The notes below the pieces were generated by a model. That model ran no database searches and had not been told where the DNA came from. It worked only from the letters and a program-made list of their open reading frames with translations. This document shows, piece after piece, positions 1-8,488 of a stretch of 20,000 nucleotides of DNA (positions within the stretch are counted from its first letter, which is position 1; each line of letters opens with the position of its first letter). This stretch comes from an uncultured virus (IMG/VR IMGVR_UViG_2850925934_000001) (lineage: Duplodnaviria; Heunggongvirae; Uroviricota; Caudoviricetes), in the IMG/VR virus record IMGVR_UViG_2850925934_000001, positions 50,240 through 70,239 of that record. One strand, 5' to 3'. Made by a program: the position numbers and the translations under genes.

Positions 1-405
1 TCGATGCGTCTTAATATGACCAAAGGGACGAACGGACGGCGGAGCATAACGGATCTGGTGCGCAAGTCTCTTCGGGCTTCGGTGAATACCGGCATTATTG
101 ATGCGAGGGGAAATCGATGGAAGCCGGAAGTGTATGCGGATATGGTCGTCCGCACAAAGATGATGGAAACCTATCGGGAAGCTCATACGAATGAGGCGGT
201 AAGCCGCGGAGCTTATTATGCGCAAATTTCGTCTCACGGGGCGAAGGATCTATGCCGTCTCCACGAAGGACAAATCATTAAGCTGACTGACGACGCTCCC
301 GGCAATTATCCGACATATGACGAACTCAAAGCGACCGGGGAGATATTTCACCCACGTTGTAAGCACGTAATTTCTACAATAAGAAACCCATCAAGCGCCG
401 TGTAG
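1..405 (+). CDS. Phage minor capsid / head morphogenesis protein (minor capsid protein 2-like), C-terminal part; 5' end lies outside the window
   Basis: Frame is open from base 1. Motifs 'GIIDARGNRW..EVYADMVVRT', 'SSH....LC' and 'FHPRCKH' are typical of this family. Lies directly upstream of the scaffold and capsid genes. Confidence 0.85.
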   Translation, partial: SMRLNMTKGTNGRRSITDLVRKSLRASVNTGIIDARGNRWKPEVYADMVVRTKMMETYREAHTNEAVSRGAYYAQISSHGAKDLCRLHEGQIIKLTDDAPGNYPTYDELKATGEIFHPRCKHVISTIRNPSSAV

Positions 406-414
406 CGCTTTTTT
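393..414 (+). terminator. Intrinsic terminator-like hairpin at the end of the minor capsid gene
   Basis: AAGCGC-CGTGTA-GCGCTT followed by TTTTATTTTG. Confidence 0.6.
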
Positions 415-418
415 ATTT

Positions 419-489
419 TGTCCGAACGTTATGACGTTAAAAGAAACGGCTGCATCACTCAATAGCCGACGGGCTTTAAGCGGTGGAGG
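419..489 (+). promoter_or_regulatory. Candidate structured RNA leader of the scaffold gene (two similar mini-elements, then SD GGAGG at 485-489)
   Basis: GTC-CGAACGTTAT-GAC-G-TTAAAAG-AAACGG (420-449) and GCC-GACG-GGC-T-TTAAG-CGG (465-483) share one layout. Confidence 0.45.
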
Positions 490-495
490 GACTGT

Positions 496-1167
496 ATGAG
501 CGAAGAACTTAAAGAAACGCAAACAAGCGAGGTTACCGATCAAACTACGGCTGAGGTGCCGGAAAATAAACCGGAAGCGCAGACGGTGACTATGACGCAA
601 GAGGAATTTAACGCTGTAATTGCTCGCGAAAAGGGGCGCGTTAAGAACAAGTACGCTGACTATGACGAAGTGAAGGCGAAACTAAGCGATTACGAAAAAG
701 CCCAGAAAGAGCGAGAAGAGGCGGAAATGACCGAGCTGGAAAAGCTTACGAAACAGCTCGACGAAAAGGCCGAAGCTGAAGCCGCCTTCGTAAAGCAGAT
801 CGAAGATTTAAAAGCGGCTGCTGAACAGGAAAAAGTGGCGAACGAATTTATCAAGGTTGCTACGAGCAACGGCATCGCCTACATTGACGACGCTTTACGT
901 CTGGCTGACCTATCCGCGGTAAAGGTTGAGGACGGAAAAGTAATCGGCATGGAGGACGTTGTAAAGGGGCTCGTTGACAATAAACCATACTTGGTTGCGA
1001 AACAGCAAACGCTGAAGCCGATCGGCCAACCTTCTAATAGCGGAGGAGAGACGGACGGAGGCGAAATCAAGACGTTAGAAGCGCAGCTAAGCGAAGCGAA
1101 GAAAGAAAAGAATTTTTCGAAGGTTATCGAGCTTTCAAACAAATTGAAATCACTTTTGAAGAAGTAG
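496..1167 (+). CDS. Capsid scaffolding protein (GP20/DUF4355-like)
   Basis: 223 aa, acidic, coiled-coil rich. Motifs 'MTQEEFNAVIARE', 'YADYDEVKAK', 'EAEMTELEK' and 'NKPYL'. SD GGAGG; immediately precedes the major capsid gene. Confidence 0.85.
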   Translation: MSEELKETQTSEVTDQTTAEVPENKPEAQTVTMTQEEFNAVIAREKGRVKNKYADYDEVKAKLSDYEKAQKEREEAEMTELEKLTKQLDEKAEAEAAFVKQIEDLKAAAEQEKVANEFIKVATSNGIAYIDDALRLADLSAVKVEDGKVIGMEDVVKGLVDNKPYLVAKQQTLKPIGQPSNSGGETDGGEIKTLEAQLSEAKKEKNFSKVIELSNKLKSLLKK

Positions 1168-1178
1168 GGGGAAAATAA

Positions 1179-2282
1179 ATGTTAACTAGTTACGATTTTA
1201 AAGATCAGGTACGACAGCTTGACGCAGGGATTGACCTTATTATTCAGGATGAACCGACATTACTCGGTCTAATCGGCTTAAACGGAGAGGCGCTCTATCA
1301 GACTAAATTCGAGTGGATGTCTGATCGACTGAACTCAAACCTCGCGACTGTTAAATCGGTAGCGGAAGACGGAAAAATTACTGTGGCGGAAGATGACGGA
1401 GAGAAGTTTCGTAAAGATGCCATCGTCGTTTTTGGCGAAGAGTATCTGAAGGTTGCTAACGTGTCCGGTGATGTGCTTACTGTTGTCCGTGGATTTGACG
1501 GAACAGTTCAAGAGGAACTCAAGGCAGGCTCTGAGCTGCGTATTGTTTCCCGTCCGCAAAATGAAGGTGCGGGTGTCGGTATCGATGAGGGTCATGACCG
1601 TTATGTAGATTACAACTTCACGCAAATCATTGAAAGATACGCTGCCGTCTCGAATACTCAACAAGCAGTCCGTACACATAACGTATCGAACGAGCTTGAT
1701 TATCAAGTACAATTACGTCTTAAAGAGATGGCGCGTGAATTTAACGACTGGTTGATCTACGGCCGTAGAATTGACGGCAAGCCTCGTATGACTGGCGGCT
1801 TACTGAACTTTGCGAACTTGAAAGGCGCTGCTAAGGCTAACCTAAAAGGAGCAGAGGTTCAAGCGAAAGATATTAATGCGTTAATGGAAAAAGTGTATCA
1901 GCGCGGCGGGTCAGCAAATACAATCCTTACAAATACCGCGGGTGCTCGTCAAATCTCTAAAATGGCGACGGATACTATTCGAACAGAAAGAACGGACGCT
2001 GCTACAGGCCACCGCGTAAGTACATTCGTTTCTGATATGGTTGGCGGCGGAGTCGCGACTGTAGTCGTAGATCCGAACTTCCCTAAAGACAAAATCGCAC
2101 TCTTCGACCGTAGTATTCTTTCTCTACATCCGCTGAACGGCCGTTCCGTCTACGATACTGATGCTAGCGTAAATGGTGCCGACTTTGTTGCGCGTCAGAT
2201 CCGTGGTGAATACGGAATCAAGGTCAAAAACGCAAACGAAAAAATCGCTATCCTCGAAAATATCTCGACAACTGTGTCTTAA
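1179..2282 (+). CDS. Major capsid protein (HK97 fold, SU10-MCP/DUF5309-like)
   Basis: 367 aa after the scaffold. 'KFEWMSD', 'NFTQI....AVSNTQQAV', 'ELDYQ...RLKEM.RE', 'R.TGGL' and 'QIRGEYGI.VKN' match the SU10-type capsid pattern. Followed by a strong terminator. Confidence 0.88.
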   Translation: MLTSYDFKDQVRQLDAGIDLIIQDEPTLLGLIGLNGEALYQTKFEWMSDRLNSNLATVKSVAEDGKITVAEDDGEKFRKDAIVVFGEEYLKVANVSGDVLTVVRGFDGTVQEELKAGSELRIVSRPQNEGAGVGIDEGHDRYVDYNFTQIIERYAAVSNTQQAVRTHNVSNELDYQVQLRLKEMAREFNDWLIYGRRIDGKPRMTGGLLNFANLKGAAKANLKGAEVQAKDINALMEKVYQRGGSANTILTNTAGARQISKMATDTIRTERTDAATGHRVSTFVSDMVGGGVATVVVDPNFPKDKIALFDRSILSLHPLNGRSVYDTDASVNGADFVARQIRGEYGIKVKNANEKIAILENISTTVS

Positions 2283-2290
2283 TGGCAATC

Positions 2291-2313
2291 GACGGGCTTC
2301 GGCCCGTCTTTTT
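2291..2313 (+). terminator. Intrinsic terminator after the major capsid gene
   Basis: Perfect 7-bp stem GACGGGC-TTCG-GCCCGTC with a cUUCGg tetraloop, then TTTTT. Confidence 0.9.
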
Positions 2314-2333
2314 AATTTGAAAGGAGGCCAACA

Positions 2334-2588
2334 ATGGCAATTACAGATGACCAGAAACGGAGATTAAATGAATCTATGCCGGTCGCTAACGATCTAAAGC
2401 TTGGCGACATCATTCAGGAATTACAGGAAGGCGGAGGCACGGCTGGTCCGAAAGGCGATAAAGGGGACACCGGACCTCAAGGACCGAAAGGCGATACCGG
2501 ACCAAAAGGAGCGGACGGGTTCGGAACCAAAGCGCAGTATGACGACATCATCGCGCGGCTTAAAGCGTTAGAAGGAGCTGGCTCGTAA
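2334..2588 (+). CDS. Small collagen-like protein, probable head fibre or decoration protein
   Basis: 84 aa with nine Gly-X-Y triplets (GTA GPK GDK GDT GPQ GPK GDT GPK GAD; 2436-2516) and a C-terminal helix 'YDDIIARLKALE'. SD AAAGGAGG. Confidence 0.75.
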   Translation: MAITDDQKRRLNESMPVANDLKLGDIIQELQEGGGTAGPKGDKGDTGPQGPKGDTGPKGADGFGTKAQYDDIIARLKALEGAGS

Positions 2589-2590
2589 TA

Positions 2591-2809
2591 ATGGCCGTCT
2601 ATAAGGCTTCTCCGTTTTATTCCGTTGGCACCGACCAGACGATCGTATTCGACCATAAAGGCGTTTACGAAACCGATGTTCCGGCCGAAATCAAGCAGTT
2701 GAATGCATTATGTCCGCGATGGATTAGCTGTGTAGTGTCAGACGATGAGGCGGAAAAGGCGGAGGCAAAGGCGCCGAAAAAGCCTGCACGTAAGTCCTCC
2801 GGAAAATAA
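2591..2809 (+). CDS. Small phage head-region protein with Lys/Ala-rich tail, function unknown
   Basis: 72 aa, tightly packed between neighbours, SD-like AAGGAG upstream. Confidence 0.7.
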   Translation: MAVYKASPFYSVGTDQTIVFDHKGVYETDVPAEIKQLNALCPRWISCVVSDDEAEKAEAKAPKKPARKSSGK

Positions 2810-2823
2810 GGAGGGTTGCGTGC

Positions 2824-3210
2824 ATGGCTTTAAGCGTAGAAGCTGCAAACGAATATATTAACCGAATGACAATCGATAACGAGGATTGGAACGACTATGA
2901 CAACGCGAAGCAGCAGCGGGTACTAAACGTAGCCGAGGACGTCTTGGCTCGAAAATTTCGTAAGTACGTCATTCCTGACGACGCAGTTTACGAGTTTACG
3001 AATGTGCTTGCAACTGCCTATAACGATACGAACCGCCTGAATAAGCACGGCATCGCGTCTTACTCAATCACCGGCGTCGGGTCGTTTACGTATAAGGAAA
3101 CGCTTCGAGCTGACGATGAGTCTCTCATACCGAAAAAGACGATCGACCTGATCGAAGAAGCAAACGACGTGAAACTTAGCGGTCGGACCGTAAAAGCGAC
3201 GGTGATGTAA
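2824..3210 (+). CDS. Head-tail adaptor (SPP1 gp15-like position)
   Basis: 128 aa. N-terminal 'LSVEAANEY', 'GIASYSITGVGSFTY' motif, SD AAGGAGG, gene order. Confidence 0.7.
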   Translation: MALSVEAANEYINRMTIDNEDWNDYDNAKQQRVLNVAEDVLARKFRKYVIPDDAVYEFTNVLATAYNDTNRLNKHGIASYSITGVGSFTYKETLRADDESLIPKKTIDLIEEANDVKLSGRTVKATVM

Positions 3211-3546
3211 TTGGCGATCATACCGATGCGTCAGACCGTAACCGTTACTCGTGCTTCAGATGATATAGACGTGTGGGGAAACCCCGTGGACGTCGAGCCG
3301 TTCGAAATTAAGTGCCGAATCGACGAAGGATCTACTATTGCGAATTCACGTTCTTCCGGTGTTGTGAAGAGCGAGGAAGTCGTGGCTACGGCGCGCATCT
3401 TAGTCGATAAATTAGCCGACATCAGGTATACGGATACACTCGCATTCACGAACGAGTTGGGCGAAACCATTGAGCGTAAGCCGAAGGAAATAAACGTGAA
3501 GCGGCATGTCAGCGGTAAGCCGATTCTGACCGAGGTAATCGTATGA
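3211..3546 (+). CDS. Head closure / stopper protein (SPP1 gp16-like position)
   Basis: 111 aa, beta-rich, 'D.WGNP' motif, gene order. Confidence 0.7.
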   Translation: MAIIPMRQTVTVTRASDDIDVWGNPVDVEPFEIKCRIDEGSTIANSRSSGVVKSEEVVATARILVDKLADIRYTDTLAFTNELGETIERKPKEINVKRHVSGKPILTEVIV

Positions 3547-3950
3547 GTTTTACGTTGGATGCTGGCAATTTTCTATCGTTGTTGGATAACCGAGAGGCAG
3601 CCGTTGAGCAGGCAGCAAAGACAGCGATGCATGATAACACGGATGACCTCGCTAGACTTGCGCAAAATATCGCCCCGATTGATAAAGCCACGCTCCGTCG
3701 CGGCATGAAAAAGAAGGTTACGTTAAAGCGTGATAGTCTGATCGGTGAAGTATCGTTCCGGGCCGTTGATAAAGGCTTTAACTATGCGCTATGGACGCAC
3801 GAAGCGGATTACAACCTCGGACCAGTTTCGGCAGGTGCAGGAGGCATTAACGGCTATCCGGTCGGTAACAAATATCTGGAACGTCCCCTGAAAGGTGAAT
3901 CGCAGAAATATATTAATCACGTAGCAGACGCGGTGAGAAGGGAGTTGTGA
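3543..3950 (+). CDS. HK97 gp10-like neck / tail-completion protein
   Basis: 135 aa. 'AQNIAPIDKATLRR', 'NYALWTHE' and 'KYLERPL' match the HK97 gp10 pattern (APVDTG.LR / YA...E / F.RP). ATGA overlap with the upstream gene. Confidence 0.8.
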   Translation: MSFTLDAGNFLSLLDNREAAVEQAAKTAMHDNTDDLARLAQNIAPIDKATLRRGMKKKVTLKRDSLIGEVSFRAVDKGFNYALWTHEADYNLGPVSAGAGGINGYPVGNKYLERPLKGESQKYINHVADAVRREL

Positions 3951-3956
3951 TAATCG

Positions 3957-4346
3957 TTGAAGATAACCGAATTAATCTCGTTCATACAATCGCGGGTTGA
4001 CGGTGTTTATTACGCAAACGGATTCCCGCGGAATGCTGCAGACGAATGTACTTATGTGCGATTTACAGGCGGATTTCCTCCGTCTCAATGGACCGGAAAG
4101 AGTCAGCCGTCGTTTCAAATAATCGTACGAGGAAAGGCAAGGGGCGACGCGGATTGCGAAGAGAAAGCGTATCAGCTTCAGGAAGCGTTAACGAATCTCC
4201 GTGAAGTGTTTATCGGTAGTAGCTCAATCGTTGTTATCCGCGCGGCCAATTCGGTGCCGTTATTTATCGGATACGACGACAATGATCGTCCCCAATACTC
4301 GTTAAATTTCGATTGTGTAGTGCGCCCCGACCGGGCGCTTTTTTAA
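3957..4346 (+). CDS. Tail terminator protein (minor capsid 3-like)
   Basis: 129 aa. 'PSFQIIVRG' and 'PLFIGYDDNDRPQYSLNF' motifs; directly before the tail tube gene. Confidence 0.8.
   Translation: MKITELISFIQSRVDGVYYANGFPRNAADECTYVRFTGGFPPSQWTGKSQPSFQIIVRGKARGDADCEEKAYQLQEALTNLREVFIGSSSIVVIRAANSVPLFIGYDDNDRPQYSLNFDCVVRPDRALF
4322..4344 (+). terminator. Intrinsic terminator-like hairpin overlapping the end of the tail terminator gene
   Basis: GCGCCC-CGACC-GGGCGC followed by TTTTTT. Confidence 0.7.
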
Positions 4347-4370
4347 TGCAAAAATAAAGGAGGAAAACGG

Positions 4371-4925
4371 ATGGCTGGAATTAAAACGATTCAAGTTCCT
4401 ATCGGCCCCGCAATCGTCGAGTACGGCGAGGGTAAGGATATGGTGACGTTTGACATCACGAAGGGCGGCATCGTTTTTAAGGCGCAGATGTCTAAGCAGG
4501 ATACAACGGTCGACCAATACGGTGACTCGATTGTAGGCTCACGGACAAAGGGTGGAACTTGCGAATGTACCGTACCGTTTGCGATCTATGATTTAGAAAA
4601 GATTCATAAGGCGGTGCCGAACAGTAAGTACGTGTCTGACGGAGACAAAAAGAAGCTAGTAGTCAGCGGCAAAGCCGGATATGACTTACTGAAGGATGCG
4701 AAGCCTTTACGAATTAAGCCGACAGATCCGGAAGCGACGGCCAACGATTGGCTCACGATTCCACTAGCTGGTGCGTCGACTGACATCGAATATACGTATG
4801 ATTCCGATAATGAGAGGATCGCTAACCTAACGTTTACCGGTTATCCGGACACGATGGGAGACGGCGATCTTTTTATTATGGGCGACGAAACGGCCGGGAC
4901 CTCTTCCGGAACCGGTAGCGAATAA
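4371..4925 (+). CDS. Major tail (tube) protein
   Basis: 184 aa, beta-rich ('IGPAIVEYG', 'TKGGI.F', 'VDQYG'). Sits between tail terminator and chaperone; SD AAAGGAGG; followed by a terminator. Confidence 0.82.
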   Translation: MAGIKTIQVPIGPAIVEYGEGKDMVTFDITKGGIVFKAQMSKQDTTVDQYGDSIVGSRTKGGTCECTVPFAIYDLEKIHKAVPNSKYVSDGDKKKLVVSGKAGYDLLKDAKPLRIKPTDPEATANDWLTIPLAGASTDIEYTYDSDNERIANLTFTGYPDTMGDGDLFIMGDETAGTSSGTGSE

Positions 4926-4931
4926 CAAACG

Positions 4932-4961
4932 AAAGACGCCGTCGAGGGGCGGTGTCTTTTT
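4932..4961 (+). terminator. Intrinsic terminator after the tail tube gene
   Basis: AAAGACGCCG-TCGAGGGG-CGGTGTCTTT followed by TT; 10-bp stem with one G-U pair. Confidence 0.8.
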
Positions 4962-4982
4962 AATTAACGAAAGGAGAGTCGC

Positions 4983-5354
4983 ATGAACATTTTCAAAAAG
5001 AAACAGGAGGCAGATTCGATCCAGCTCGGTAAGTATCCGGTCGAGGTCGCGAAGCTCACTCCGGCCAAGTGGAAACAGCTTTTCGCAGCGCTCGATAAAA
5101 TTCCGTTTCTCGTTCTGGAGGTCTTCAGCGCGCCTAAAACGGATTTCTACTCGTATTTAGTGAGCGCGGTTGAGGTCGGCATGGATGAGATCGTCGAGAT
5201 TACGGCATTATTGAGCGGCGTAGATGCCGAGTACATCCGTGAAGAAGTCGGTACGGACGAAATTATCGAGTACATCACGCTCACTGTCAAAAGGAACCGT
5301 CTTGACTCGCAAGCAAAAAACGTGAAGAGCCTTCTTCCGAAACTCGAAAAGTAG
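4983..5354 (+). CDS. Tail assembly chaperone, short form (lambda gpG analogue)
   Basis: 123 aa between tail tube and tape measure; SD AAAGGAG; slippery heptamer near the 3' end. Confidence 0.85.
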   Translation: MNIFKKKQEADSIQLGKYPVEVAKLTPAKWKQLFAALDKIPFLVLEVFSAPKTDFYSYLVSAVEVGMDEIVEITALLSGVDAEYIREEVGTDEIIEYITLTVKRNRLDSQAKNVKSLLPKLEK

Positions 5355-5686
5355 ACGAAGAGGGCGATCCGTATACGATTGACGACTATCTAATCGAAGC
5401 GGCTATCAGTTTGGGCGTCACGCAGCATCAGATAGAAAACGAGTTTTACATGGTGGATATACCGAAATTTGTGCGCGCCAAGACGAGACAAGGCGCGGTA
5501 AGGCGGATAGAAGACATTCGCGTACTTCTTGCGACGAATAGTCGGGCAAGTGAGGACGATGAGTATAAACAGTTCATGAATGCGTTAATTCGGGCGGCAG
5601 GACTTCGGCCTGAAGTGAAATTCGACCGTGAGAAATTCGAACAATTACGGGCTTTACAGGGGAATTTTCGGAAAGGAGGTAAATAG
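4983..5686 (+). CDS. Tail assembly chaperone, long form (gpGT analogue, about 234 aa) made by a -1 ribosomal frameshift; includes ORF 5411-5686
   Basis: The -1 frame is open from 5321 (REEPSSETRKVDEEGDPYTIDDYLIEAAISLGVTQHQ...) to the stop at 5686. ORF 5411 has no clear SD of its own. Confidence 0.82.
5315..5321 (+). other. Programmed -1 frameshift slippery site A AAA AAC
   Basis: Codons GCA-AAA-AAC at 5313-5321 give an in-phase X XXY YYZ heptamer. Confidence 0.85.
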
Positions 5687-8485
5687 ATGGCCGGAACAAC
5701 AGTCGGAGAAATCCGGGCGCGGCTCGTATTAGACATGGCGGACTGGTCCCGTCGATCTCAGCAAGCTCGAAACGATATGGATCAAATGGGCCGTTCATCT
5801 GCGAATCTCTCGAAGCAAATGGGCCTCATCCAAAAGGCTTCGCTTGCGGTCGGAGGCGCAGTCGTAGCCGGCATCGGTGTTTCCGTTAAGAAAGCGGCTG
5901 ACTTCGAGGAGGCCATGTCGCGAGTTAAAGCGATCAGCGGCGCGACCGGTCAGGACTTCGAAGACCTGAAGAACATTGCGGCTAAGATGGGCGCCGAAAC
6001 TAAATATACAGCGGTAGAGGCGGCCGAGGGTCTTCAATACCTCGCGATGGCGGGTTTCAGCGTAAAAGCGCAAGTCGGATCGTTGCCGGCCGTGCTCAAC
6101 TTGGCGGCAGCTTCAGGCGAAGGACTCGGCCGTTCAGCGGATATCGTTTCGAACATCATGACCGGCTTCGGCATTAAGGCGGAAGATTCCGGTCATGCCG
6201 TTGACGTACTCGTAAAAGCGATGACGACGGCCAACACGGATCTACCGCAATTAGGCGATGCAATGAAATTCGTCGCCCCTGTCGCGCACTCTCTCGGTTA
6301 CTCCATCGAAGATACTGCGACGGCCGTTGCGAAAATGTCAGACGCCGGTATTCAGGGATCGATGGCGGGTACGGCGCTTCGTGCGTCACTCTTACACCTT
6401 ACGAATCCGGTAGGGCAGTCGGCCAAGGCGATGAAAAAGTACGGCATCGAAGTAAAGGACGCTCACGGAAATCTAAAGCCGATACCGGAGCTCGTCGGCC
6501 ATATTTCGAAGCAGTTCGAAGGGATGACGTCGGCACAGAGAACGGCCGCGGCGGCACAGCTCGTCGGAGTTGAAGCGGCTTCCGGATTCGTTACGCTTTT
6601 GGGCGTCGGAGAAAAGGGACTGCGCAACTATTCGAAGACGCTGAAGGAAGCCGGCGGGACAGCGGACAAAGTAGCGAAAACGCAGATGGATAACCTCAAA
6701 GGGTCATTCGAACAGTTTACGTCTGCGCTCGACGGCCTCGGAATCGCGATCGGTAACGAGTTTTTACCTACTTTCCGAAAAATTGTCGATACCGGTACGA
6801 AGGTAGTCGAGTTCCTTAGCGAACTAAATCCGGGGATCATTACGACGGGCCTCGAAATGGCGGGCGCGGCGGCAGCTGTGGCGCTGGTTGCGTCTTCCAT
6901 GATGAAACTTGGAATCGCAGTGCGGGGTTTGTTCGTTGCGATGGGTCCGGCCGGATGGATAATCACCGGGCTTTCTTTATTAGCGGGAGCACTCGTCGGG
7001 GTGAAAGCGGGATACGATCAGATGAACACCGTTAGTTTAGAGGCGGCCGAGTCGAAGCAGAAGGAAATAGATTCTATAAACAGCTTAACGAAAGAGTTCG
7101 ATAAACTTCAAAATAAAACGAAGCTGACTGCCGATGAATTCGTTTACTATCTCGATTTGAATGATCGAATTAAAACGGAGACGGATGCCAATTCCATTAA
7201 ACGGATGAAGGAAGAACAGGAAGAGCTGCGAAAAAAATCAGGTCTTACAAATGAGGAATTTAATCGCTACTTAGATTTAAACGATAAGGTTATCGCAAAA
7301 GCTCCGGACACTGCGGCCGCAATCAGCGAGCAAGGCAATGCCGCAGCAAAGAACACAGACGCATTAAAGCGTCTTAACAAAGAAAAAGCCGAGGAACTCC
7401 GGCTGGATCTGGAAACCCAAAGGGCTAAAGCTGAGGCCAATATGTCTAAATATATAGCCGAAGAAGCGCGATTAAAAGAAAAAGTTAATGCGTTGACGAG
7501 AGAGCGATCCGATTTAGAGCAGCAGGTATCTGATCAATTACAAGTTGTGGCAGCTAAAGAGAGCGAATTGGCGGCAGCTAAAGAGGCTAAAGATACAGCA
7601 CGGGTGGCAATAGCTGAAAATGAGCTCAACTTAGAGCAAACAAAGTTGCAGAGATTACGAGAACAGTTTTCTACAAATATGGAAAACCTGAGCTCCAAGA
7701 ATCAAGAGCTCCAAAAGACCCGTGAGAATATCAATCAGCTAGATGTCGTTAATCAGAAAATGATCGACCTTGAGCTCCGTCAAGTTGGATTAAACGCCAA
7801 AAAGGGCGAAGGCGTGAGAGTGATCGATAAGGAGATTGGGCGCTTACAAGATGCGAAGGCGAATCTGAAAAACAACACGACAGCAGCCGATCGTAAAACG
7901 GATGAATATCGAAAGTCTGTTAAAGCAATTGACGACGAGATCGCAAACCTTCGTACCGCAAGAGGTCGGGTCGCGGATATTACGTCAGAAGCCCAAAGAA
8001 TGAACGCTGCTCTAAGTAAGGACATCACGAAACGAATCACGACAATCACATCGGATGTCTCCATGAAGACGGAGCGTGCCGTAAGCCGTGGAAAAGGGAA
8101 CGAAGGTACTTACCACACTGGCGGCGTCATCGGCCTCGGGCAGATCAACAAACTTCACATCGGCGGCCTCGCATCTCAATTTGCTAATCCGATGAGTCAC
8201 GAAGTCGATATCCGGGCCCTGCGTAACGAAATGGTGCTTACTGAAGCGCAGCAGGCGAATCTTATGCGGATGATAGACGCAGGACATACGACGGGGCTCG
8301 GAGATTCCGGCTTATCATCGGATATGCTGCGCGCACTCAGTTCGATTGAGCAGGCGATTAAGACGAAGGGCGGCGCTCCTATCGTGATGGATAGTGAAGT
8401 TGTTGGCCGTATTGTAGAGCCGCACATCAGTCGTATTCAGCAGGACGGATATGATTTAGAACGGATGAGAGACGGGAGGTGGTAG
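5687..8485 (+). CDS. Tail tape measure protein (TP901-family core)
   Basis: 932 aa. N-terminal core 'AADFEEAMSRVKAISGATG', 'GIQGSMAGTALR', 'GTADKVAKTQMDNLKG'; hydrophobic segment around residues 390-440; long coiled coil; 'YHTGG' near the C-terminus. Confidence 0.95.
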   Translation: MAGTTVGEIRARLVLDMADWSRRSQQARNDMDQMGRSSANLSKQMGLIQKASLAVGGAVVAGIGVSVKKAADFEEAMSRVKAISGATGQDFEDLKNIAAKMGAETKYTAVEAAEGLQYLAMAGFSVKAQVGSLPAVLNLAAASGEGLGRSADIVSNIMTGFGIKAEDSGHAVDVLVKAMTTANTDLPQLGDAMKFVAPVAHSLGYSIEDTATAVAKMSDAGIQGSMAGTALRASLLHLTNPVGQSAKAMKKYGIEVKDAHGNLKPIPELVGHISKQFEGMTSAQRTAAAAQLVGVEAASGFVTLLGVGEKGLRNYSKTLKEAGGTADKVAKTQMDNLKGSFEQFTSALDGLGIAIGNEFLPTFRKIVDTGTKVVEFLSELNPGIITTGLEMAGAAAAVALVASSMMKLGIAVRGLFVAMGPAGWIITGLSLLAGALVGVKAGYDQMNTVSLEAAESKQKEIDSINSLTKEFDKLQNKTKLTADEFVYYLDLNDRIKTETDANSIKRMKEEQEELRKKSGLTNEEFNRYLDLNDKVIAKAPDTAAAISEQGNAAAKNTDALKRLNKEKAEELRLDLETQRAKAEANMSKYIAEEARLKEKVNALTRERSDLEQQVSDQLQVVAAKESELAAAKEAKDTARVAIAENELNLEQTKLQRLREQFSTNMENLSSKNQELQKTRENINQLDVVNQKMIDLELRQVGLNAKKGEGVRVIDKEIGRLQDAKANLKNNTTAADRKTDEYRKSVKAIDDEIANLRTARGRVADITSEAQRMNAALSKDITKRITTITSDVSMKTERAVSRGKGNEGTYHTGGVIGLGQINKLHIGGLASQFANPMSHEVDIRALRNEMVLTEAQQANLMRMIDAGHTTGLGDSGLSSDMLRALSSIEQAIKTKGGAPIVMDSEVVGRIVEPHISRIQQDGYDLERMRDGRW

Positions 8486-8488
8486 CGT

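Noticed and set aside
2173..2588. Readthrough or frameshift fusing the major capsid to the collagen-like protein (both in the same frame)
   Set aside because: A second in-frame TAA at 2313-2315 blocks readthrough, there is no in-phase slippery heptamer at the capsid 3' end, and 2334 has its own strong SD. ORF 2173-2367 looks like a shadow.
5411..5686. Independent 91-aa gene
   Set aside because: TTG start without a clear SD; better explained as the -1 frameshift extension of 4983-5354.
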